Assembly (NCBI GenBank): GCA_951406725.2
Contig: OX597827.1
Location: 14,260,001 to 14,324,000, forward strand
DNA from: Octopus vulgaris
Taxonomy: Eukaryota
DNA length: 64,000 nt
Direction: 5' to 3'
Made by a program: the position numbers and the translations under genes. Position 1 is the stretch's first letter. Every line of letters starts with the position of its first letter. A model generated the notes under the pieces. It had not been told where the DNA came from and did not search any database. It was given only the letters and a program-made list of their open reading frames with translations. Positions 55,141-64,000 of the stretch are shown here, piece by piece.

Positions 55141-55319
55141 CATATTTGCATATATGATATGCACCAGGGCTGGATTAAGACCTACAGAGACCCTAAGCCC
55201 TTAAAAGATTTTGGTGCTCCCGTACAAATGTAATTCAAAATATAAAACTATAATAAACCACAAAATAAAATTTCAATTTTCAAAATGAAACAAAACCATC
55301 AGGAAGATGGGAAATGGTG

Positions 55320-56202
55320 GGGTCTTTTCTTTTTGAACGGCAGACAATTTCTAGTTAACTAAACACTTTAAAACTTTGTATACTGGTAGAATGTGTCAAA
55401 ATAAAACATTTTTTCTCTTGGCTTTCTTGAGAAAATAGTAATTTGTTTGTTTAACGTAGTTTAATTTTTCGAATTTTAACCAATCCTATGCTCTCTTTTG
55501 AGCTAAAATCATTTGCTGCGTCTAAAATAATAATAATAATAAAAACATTGTGTACAGTGCTCAGGTGCACTACAACTCATCTAAAGTGTATGTATAATCA
55601 GGTGTAGTTTCGACAGATTTCGGAAAGTATGAGGGCCTTAAAGATGCAGTGTCATGGCAGTCAACAACTGACGCAGGCAGTTTGTTCCATGCTTCAGCAA
55701 CTCTGAGCGTGAAAAAATGTTTCCGAAAGTCATGGGAGCTGTGTTGTTTTCGGACTTTGTAGGCATGTAAAACTGAGACAACATCCTGTAACTAACCCTA
55801 AACCTCCCCCTAACACTAACCCTAAATTTTTTTTTCTTAATTGTTAAATTAATTTAATTGTTATGCGTGTAAAAAAAACTAAAGCAATGGAATTAAATTA
55901 ATTTAACAAATAAGAAAAAAAAAATTAGGGTTAGGGTTCGGGGGAGGTTTAGGGTTAGTTACAGGATGTTGTCTCAGTTTTAGACACAGCAAAGGATTTT
56001 AGTTGAACGGAGGCAATCAATTGGTTAAAATTGCCGGAATGCTCGGATTTTCAGACGAAATATCTTACAAACTATATAATTTTCTCAATAAAACCAAGAG
56101 AAAATGTTGTTTTATAAACACATTCTACCAATATACGAAGTTTAAAAGTGTTTAGTTAACTAGAAATTGTGTTGACATCTGCCGTTCAAAAGGAAAAGAT
56201 CC
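55320..56202. mobile_element. Long-TIR version of the 8-bp-TSD (TAACCC)-containing MITE
   Basis: TIRs gggtcttttctttttgaacggcag / ctgccgttcaaaaggaaaagatcc. TSD aaatggtg at 55312-55319 and 56203-56210. Palindromic over most of its length. Confidence 0.85.
55527..55767 (-). pseudogene. CR1-like LINE 3' end with (TTA)n tail, nested in the MITE
   Basis: HAYKVRKQHSSHDFRKHFFTLRVAEAWNKLPASVV. Absent from the opposite MITE arm. Confidence 0.75.
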
Positions 56203-56877
56203 AAATGGTGTTTTATTTTTGCATGCTCCCACTATATTCATATTTGAAAAGTTTTCTCCCAATTTTTTTTTTAATTGCTAAGTTCTTGATCAGATCCTCA
56301 AAATTAATCTTAGGTAACACATCTGCATCTATGCTTAGTAGAAATAAGGAACACTGAATATTATCCTAGCAAGTTTAAAAGTGATTTCTTCTGCACCATA
56401 AACCATCTGTGTGTGTTTGTGCATGAGTGCTTGTGTGTGTGTATGTATGTGTGTGTGCATGCTTGTGTGAGTGCTTGTGTGTGTGTGTGTATGTGTATGC
56501 TTGCGTGAGTGCTTGTGTGTGTGCATGCTTGTGTGTGTGCATGCTTGTGTGTGTGTGTATGTATGTGTGTGCATGCTTGTGTGAGTGCTTGTGTGTGTGT
56601 GTGTGTGCATGCTTGTGTGTGTGTTTATGGGTGTTCATGTGTGTGTATGTATATATGTGTGTGTGTGTGTGCGTGCGCGCATGCATGTGTGTGTTTGTGT
56701 GTGTGTATGTGTGAGTGTATTTGTGTGTGTGTTTGTGTGCTTGTGTGGGTGGCTGGGATGGGGTGAGCATGTGTGTGTATGTATGTGTGTGCTTGTGTGT
56801 GTGTGTGTGTGTGTTTGCCTCCAGTACAATAAATTTCTGCCTCCAAAACAGGTTGAATGTCCAGCCAGCCATACCAA

Positions 56878-57130
56878 GTGGAGGTAGGTGGCTTAGTGGT
56901 TAGGATGTTGGAGTCATGGTCATAAGATTGTGATTTCAATTCCTTGACCAGGCAGCATACTGTGTTCTTGAGCAAAAAAGCACTTCATTTCATGTTGCTC
57001 CAGTCCACTCAACTGGCAAAACAAAGCAATCCTACAATGGACTGGCATGCCATCCAGATGTGGAATATATACACCCTGAAACCGGGAAACTGGCCCTTGT
57101 GAATCGGTACAACTTGAGAAGGTAACTTTA
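56878..57130 (+). mobile_element. SINE family C, old copy
   Basis: Homology to 21459-21710. Confidence 0.7.
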
Positions 57131-57215
57131 CTATTACATCCATACTAAATTGTCACCTTCCAAACAACCACATGCAATCATCTCATTCTGTCAAGAAGAT
57201 TACCAGCAGCAGCTG

Positions 57216-57593
57216 CAGGGGTGCAATGGCCCAGTGGTTCGGGCAGCGAACTCGCAGTTGGAGGATCATGGTTTTGATTCCCAGACTGGGCGTTGTGTGT
57301 GTTTATTGAGCGAAAACACCTAAAGCACCACGAGGCTCTGGCAGGGGGGTGGCGACCCCTGTTCTACTCTTTCGCTCCGACTTTCTCTCACTCTTTCTTC
57401 CTGTTTCTTGTCCCGACTTCCTACCCAACCGCTGAGCCTGGATGCGCATTCATCCATCCGTCGATGCTCTCGGTGTCGAGGGTTGACCTGCTTTCTCTTC
57501 TGTGGGTCCTACGAATAGCAAAGGACCACGTTTCGGACTTCTCAGATCTTGCGAGCTCTGGGACGAAGACCGTTCGCTCAACAGCAACAGCAA
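57216..57593 (+). mobile_element. tRNA-derived SINE (head C2, tail 2)
   Basis: TSD cagcagcagctg (57204-57215, 57594-57605) and (caacag)n tail. Confidence 0.8.
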
Positions 57594-57759
57594 CAGCAGC
57601 AGCTGGGGATTAACCTAATGATGGATCAGTGTCCTGTCTAGGGATCTGTTTTGTACTTTTAATCACTTAAAGCCTCAGAAACCAACATAAGCTCAAGCCA
57701 AATGAGCTTGGAGAATTGATAAGACTTTAACTCGAATTTAGAGAGAAGTTTGAGTGTTG

Positions 57760-58192
57760 TTTTACTTGTTTCAGTCCTTTGACTGCAGCCATGCTGGAGC
57801 ACTGCCTTAAAGGATTTTAGTCAAAGAAACTGAACCCAGAACTTATTCTTTGTAAGCCTAGTACTTATTCTATTGGCCTCTTTTGCTGAACCACTAAGTT
57901 ACGGGGACATAAACACACCAGTGGTGTCAAGCAATGGTGGGAGATGAGAGGTGGGGGACAAACACACACATATGCACACACACACACACACACACATGCA
58001 CACACACACATGCACGCGTGCACACACACACATGTACAATGGGCTTCTTTCAGTTTCTGTCTACCAAATCCACACATGGCCAGCTTGAGGTTATGGTAGA
58101 AGACACTTGCCCAAGGTGACATGCAGTGGGACTGAACCCAGAACCGTGTGGCTGAGAAGCAAGTTTCTTACTACACAGCCATGCCTGCACCT
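57760..58192 (-). mobile_element. SINE family A, older copy
   Basis: Homology to other family A copies. Confidence 0.8.
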
Positions 58193-58293
58193 AGATAGAT
58201 GAAATAATATTCAAAACATACCATGAATTAATCTATAAACATCTTGAAATACTTTATTTACATTACTTACATTTAACAGATATTTGTCCTCAT

Positions 58294-58564
58294 ATGAATG
58301 TATGTATGTATGTATGTATGTATGTATGTATGTGTGTGTGTGTGTGTGTGTGCATGCGTGCGTGCGTGTGTGCGTATGTATGTATGTATGTATATATGTA
58401 TGTATGTATGTACGTGTGTGTGTGTGTGCGTGTATGTATGTGTGTGTGTGTATGTATGTATGTATGTATGTGTGTGTGTGTGTGTAAATATGTATGTATG
58501 TGTGTGTGTATGTATGTGTTTATGTATGTGTGTGTGTGTATGTATGTGTTTATGTATGTGTGTA

Positions 58565-58595
<31 letters not shown>

Positions 58596-59192
58596 ATGTA
58601 TGTATGTATGTATGTATGTATGTATGTATGTATGTACGTATGTATGTATGTATGTATGTATGTATGTATGTATGTATGTATGTATGTATGTATGTATGTA
58701 TGTATGCATGTATGTATGTATGTATGTATGTATGTATGTATGTATGTATGTATGTATGTATGTATGTATGTATGTATGTATGTATGTATGTATGTATGTA
58801 TGTATGTATGTATGTATGTATGTATGTATGTATGTATGTATGTATGTATGTATGTATGTATGTATGTATGTATGTATGTATGTATGTATGTATGTATGTA
58901 TGTATGTATGTATGTATGTATGTATGTATGTATGTATGTATGTATGTATGCATGTATGTATGTATGTATGTATGTATGTATGTATGTATGTATGTATGTA
59001 TGTATGTATGTATGTATGTATGTATGTATGTATGTATGCATGTATGCATGTATGTATGTATGTATGTATGTATGTATGCATGTATGTATGTATGTATGTA
59101 TGTATGTATGTATGTATGTATGTATGTATGTATGTATGTATGCATGTATGTATGTATGTATGTATGTATGTATTATATATATGTATGTATGC
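58294..59192. repeat. (TATG)n microsatellite, ~900 bp
   Basis: Direct reading. Confidence 0.95.
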
Positions 59193-59564
59193 ATTCTTTG
59201 TATTCAAGCAGACAAACACAGCCTCCGTAACAGACTAAGTCAAAAGCCATTGAAATGTTTGCAAGAAGCACCAAAAGAGCTTTGACAAAAACAAAACAAA
59301 ACAAATGACTTACTGTTTAACCAAATTAAACAAGCAATTGATTATTTACTTGGGTATTTAACCAATTCACTAATAACAAGGGAGTGGAACTGAACCTGTG
59401 TAAGTGTTAATTATATTGGCATGATGACCCTCCTTAGACACAGTAAAATTTGCTTCAACACACAAATTCACATAAAGAATCTTGCAAACCAGATACAAAA
59501 AGGAAGCATTATATATGTATTATCATGTAATATATATATGTATTATATATGTAATAATTAAATC

Positions 59565-59955
59565 GTGGAGGCGCAATGGCCCAGTGGTTAGGGCAGCGGA
59601 CTCGTGGATATAGGATCGTGGTTTCGATTCCCAGACCGGGCGTTGTGAGTGTTTATTGAGCGAAAACACCTAAAAGCTCCACGAGGCTCCGGCAGCGGAT
59701 GGTGGTGATCCCTGCTGTACTCTTTCACCACAACTTTCTCTCACTCTTACTTCCTGTTTCTGTTGTACCTGTATTTCAAAGGGCCGGCCTTGTCATTCTC
59801 TGTGTCACACTGAATATCCCCGAGAACTACGTTAAGGGTGCACGTGTCTGTGGAGTGCTCAGCCACTTACACGTTAATTTCACGAGCAGGCTGTTCCGTT
59901 GATTCGGATCAACCGGAACCCTCGTCGTCGTAACCGACGGAGTGCTTCTCATCCC
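59565..59955 (+). mobile_element. tRNA-derived SINE (head C2, tail 3)
   Basis: 12-bp TSD aataattaaatc (59553-59564, 59956-59967). Confidence 0.9.
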
Positions 59956-60323
59956 AATAATTAAATCAGATATTATGCATTTTATTGTGTTTTGTTATGT
60001 GCATGATCTTCCAGTCCATGGACAAAAATATCTTGTGTGACACTGGTCTAAGGGGTAAAAAGAAACTGGGGATTGCTGCCTCAGCAATGTTTGTCAATCC
60101 TTTTTTTTCCCCCTCTTAATCATAAACTTATGAGAGTCTCCCCATAAAAGTGTCCCTGTTTCTAAGGACAAAGTCCTTGTGCTTCACTTTGACCCTAACA
60201 TCACTTGTGTATGGTTAAGAAGTTTACTTTACAGCTACATAGCTTCAAGTTTTATTCTATAGCACATTATCTCTGACAATCATCTTCCTGCAAGAGTCTT
60301 GCATTGACAAGCATGGATATTAA

Positions 60324-60539
60324 CCCTTTCGCATTCAGATTAATCTGCAAAATGAAATGGTTATGCATTCACATTGCTTTCAATCAATCATGCATTATTT
60401 CATAGCTTTGGGATTTCGATGTTGTGATTGTTTATATTTAGAATTACATTGTAGGGTAGGTGTGAGAGGCAAAATCTGGCAAGTTTGAACATAAGATAGA
60501 ATATTTAGGCCGGATATGGCCAGTTTAAATGCTAATGGG
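60324..60539. mobile_element. piggyBac-type MITE
   Basis: TTAA|ccctttcgcatt ... aatgctaatggg|TTAA. Related truncated copy near 7580-7790. Confidence 0.75.
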
Positions 60540-60741
60540 TTAATGAGTGGTTCTGTTGTGAGCAGGGTGGGTGGGGTGTACATGTGTATAAGCTGAGTGA
60601 CACTGGGAATAGCCAAATAGTTAGAAATTTCACTTTACAATCGTGTGGCCCAAGATCCTCTTCCACCATGTGGCAGCATTAGCAAACATTTTCTACCAAC
60701 GCATCAGGTGCAGAGACACTTTTGAAGCCCATCAGATGCAT

Positions 60742-61490
60742 TCATCATCATCATCATCATCGTTTAACATCCGTTTTCTGTGCTAGCACGGGTTCGGCGG
60801 TTCAACCGGGGGTCTGAGAAGCCAAGAGGCTGCACCAGGCCCAGTCTGATCTGGCAGTGTTTCTACAGCTGGATGCCCTTCCTAAAGCCAACCACTCTGT
60901 GAGTGTAGTGGGTGCTTTTTACGTGCCACCTGCACAGGTGCCAGGGGAGGCTGGAAGCAGCCATGATCGGTTGGTGCTTTTTATGTGCCACCAGCGCAGA
61001 AGTCAGTCAAGGCAGCGCTGGCATCAGCCACATCTGGATGGTGCTTTTTATGTGCCACCAGCACAGAAGCAAGTCAAGGCGGTGCTGGCATCGGCCACGT
61101 TCGGATGGTGCTTTTTACGTGCCACCGGCACAGGTATCACAACTACTATTTCCATTTGATATTTATTTTGATGTTGATGTACTTGACTCAATAGGTTTCC
61201 TCAAGCACAGCAGGTCATGTGCCACCGGCACAGAAGCCAGTCAAGGCAGCGCTGGCATCGACCACGTTCGGATGGTGCTTTTTACGTGCCGCTGGCACAG
61301 GTATCACAACTACTATTTCCATTCGATATTTATTTTGATGTCGATGTACTTGACTCAATAGGTCTCCTCAAGCACAGCAGGTCATGTGCCACCGGCACAG
61401 AGGCCAGTCAAGGCAACGCTGGCATCGGCCACGTTCAGATGGTGCTTTTTACGTGCCGCTGGCACAGGTATCATAACTACAATTTCCATT
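60742..61490 (-). mobile_element. Family D element with tandem ~165-bp internal amplification
   Basis: Three repeats of tgtgccacc(g/a)gcacag...gcacaggtatca(c/t)aactac. Confidence 0.75.
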
Positions 61491-61649
61491 TAGTGCAATT
61501 CAAATGCCAGCCTTGCCACACACTGCAGAAATAGTACACAAATTCTGTATGAAGATTCCATAAAGTGTCTGTGAAATATGTGGCTACTATTCTCTGTCAG
61601 TCACTTACCGTATCTTGAACATCTTGTTTCTATGGACATTGACACACAA

Positions 61650-62160
61650 GAGCTTCGAAGTCAAGGAGATGACTTGGTAGGAGTACACAAGATTATCCAA
61701 CATCTTCCTAGCATCAACTTTACTCTTTTACTTGTTTCAGTCATTTGACTGCGGCCATGCTGGAGCACCGCCTTTAGTCGAGCAAATCGACCCCGGGACT
61801 TATTCTTTGTAAGCCCAGTACTTATTCTATCGGTCTCTTTTTGCCGAACCGCTAAGTGACGGGGGACGTAAACACACCAGCATCGGTTGTCAAGCAATGC
61901 TAGGGGACAAAAATAGACACACAAACACACACACACACATATATATATATATACATATATACGACAGGCTTTGATCATCTTTTTTAATTCAATCTCTCTA
62001 CCATCAGTCGACATGCTTATATTATCAAAAGACAGTTCAGCACTCAAGACATTTTGAAACAACTCTTTTTTTCATGCTCAGAATTGTTGAAGCATAGAAT
62101 AAATTACCAGTATAAGCTGTTAGCTGTCAGGGCACCACATCCTTCAAAAGCGCCATATAC
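61650..62160 (+). pseudogene. Degraded CR1-like 3' end interrupted by a partial family-A SINE (61718-61970, minus strand)
   Basis: DLVGVHKIIQH...RHAY...FFMLRIVEA*NKLP, similar to 55527-55767. Confidence 0.55.
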
Positions 62161-63126
62161 CCCAGGATTCACCAACACTGTTCACGATGTGCTTGCGCCT
62201 CCTTTCTTCTCAATGACCCTTTTACTATTCACTCTTCTGCCTATGCATGTTTTAATCTGTGTACTGTGCATGCCCTTTAGGCTTTTATTGCCATCTTTCT
62301 TTAGTTGAATTGTTGCTGTTTGTTGTCATCTCTTTTCAACTTTTCCAATGAGTTGTAAACTGTATGCAACAAGCTCATTCATCATCATCATCATTGTTTA
62401 ACGTCCGTTCTCCATGCTAGCATGGGTTGGACGGTTCGACCGGGGATCTGGGAAGCCAGAAGGCTGCACCAGGCTCCAGTCATATCTGGCAGTGTTTCTA
62501 CAGCTGGATGCCCTTCCTAACGCCAACCACTCTGTGAGTGTAGTGGGTGCTTTTTACGTGCCACCTGCACAGGTGCCAGGCGAGGCTGGCATCAGCCACG
62601 GTTCAGATGGTGCTTTTTACGTGCCACCGGCACGGAAGCCAGATATTCAGCCACAATTCAGATAGTGCCTTTTACGTACCACCAGTCCAGGGGTCCTGGC
62701 ATCTGCCGGGTGCCAGTCATAGGATTGGTTCAATTTCGATTCCGATTTCGATTTCGATTTCACTTGCCCCAACAGGTCTTCGCAAGCATGGGTGCCCTAA
62801 TTCAAGGAGAGAAGATAGTTTGTTTGACTGAGAAACTAGAACTTCACTGTTGAAACCAACTGGTGTAAATCAGTGCAGTGAGTTACGTTCCTTTATGCCG
62901 AAACCATAAAAAGAAGAAAAATTTAATCCTGGCCATTCAATGAATGCAGATCAATAAAATAAGTTTGCACGCTAAGTACTGTGGTTGATAGAACAGACTA
63001 ATAAAAAAAATCCCTTGAAGATGGTGCCTGAATATCATCTAAGTCCAGTGACTGATAGCAGCAAAAAGAAAAAAATCAATGAATATCCGCATTCGACCAT
63101 CAGTGTTTTGATATTTTAACACTGCA

Positions 63127-63499
63127 AGGCGGCGAGCTGGCAGAAACGTTAACACGCCGGGCGAAATGCCGTTACGTTCTGAGTTCAAATTCCACCGAGG
63201 TCGACTTTGCCTTTCATCCTTTCGGGGTCGATTAAATAAGTACCAGTTACGCACTGCGGTCAATGTAATCGACTTAATCCCTTTGTCTGTCCTTGTTTGT
63301 CTCCTCTGTGTTTAGCCCTTTGTGGACAATAAAGAAATAGGTATTTCGTCCTCTGAGTTCAAATTCTGTCGAGGTCGACTTTGCCTTTCATCCTTTCAGG
63401 GTCGATAAATTAAGTACCAATTGTGTACTGGGGTCGATCTAATCGACTGCCCCCCTGCCCCAAAATTTCGGGTCTTGTGCCTAGAGAAGAAAAGGATAC
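63127..63499 (+). mobile_element. SINE family B dimer bounded by a single TSD
   Basis: tttaacactgca at 63115-63126 and 63500-63511. Further minus-strand copies at 63600-63970. Confidence 0.85.
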
Positions 63500-64000
63500 T
63501 TTAACACTGCAGCTAAATTAAATAATATTTAACCTCCAGAGTCAAATCCTTGCACACCAGAATTACTTCTAATTACTCAAATGGAATTAATATATTTAAT
63601 TTGGTCCCAAGCGCAACTGGTACTGAATTTATCGACCCCGAAAGGATGAAAGGCAAAGTCGACCTCGGTGGAATTTGAACCCAGAACGTAACAGCAGACG
63701 AAATACGGCTACGTGTTTCGCCCAGCGTGCTAACATTTCTGCCAGCTCGCCACCCTCAAAAGAGATTGATTATATATCTCTTTATTGCCCACAAAGGGCT
63801 AAACATAGAGGGGACAAACAAGGACAGACGAACGGATTAAGTGCGTAACTGGTACTTTTATCGACCCAGAAAGTCGACCTCGGCGGAATTTGAACTCACA
63901 ACGTGACGGCAGACGAAATACAGCTATGCATTTCGCCCAGCGTGCTAACGTTTCTGCCAGCTCGCTGCCTTAGAATTTGAAAACTTTTACAAGGATTGAA

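Noticed and set aside
60857-61534. ORFs and regularly spaced ggtgctttttacgtgccacc repeats in family D
   Set aside because: The intervening sequences are themselves repeated and the block recurs in dispersed copies, so it is a retroposon interior, not a gene or CRISPR array.
61600-61615. Strong minus-strand donor (ACG|gtaagt) as the protocadherin 5' UTR exon end
   Set aside because: It sits in or next to a CR1 remnant and has no independent support.

Overview
AT-rich, microsatellite- and transposon-saturated animal DNA, most likely a coleoid cephalopod (Octopus-like protocadherin and SINE families). The only host gene I can support is a minus-strand protocadherin. Its large exon (acceptor at 33595, phase-0 donor at 31171) encodes a signal peptide, six cadherin repeats, a TM helix and a juxtamembrane tail. 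A second 151-bp coding exon at 17888-18038, missed by the ORF track, splices in frame and ends in YEEIP(G). Almost all other ORF-track entries are microsatellite or repeat artefacts. The rest is tRNA-derived SINEs (several families, some multimeric or with swapped tails), 3' remnants of RTE, CR1, R4/Dong-like and Penelope (GIY-YIG) retroelements, non-autonomous Helitrons, piggyBac/mariner/8-bp-TSD MITEs, and many long palindromes. The most notable signals are: short (TA)n-embedded elements carrying hammerhead-ribozyme cores, a TSD-bounded SINE-trimer plus RTE-tail chimera, a predicted calcium-free EC3-EC4 junction, and a recent fold-back inverted duplication. Repeat coordinates were read by eye and may be off by some bases.
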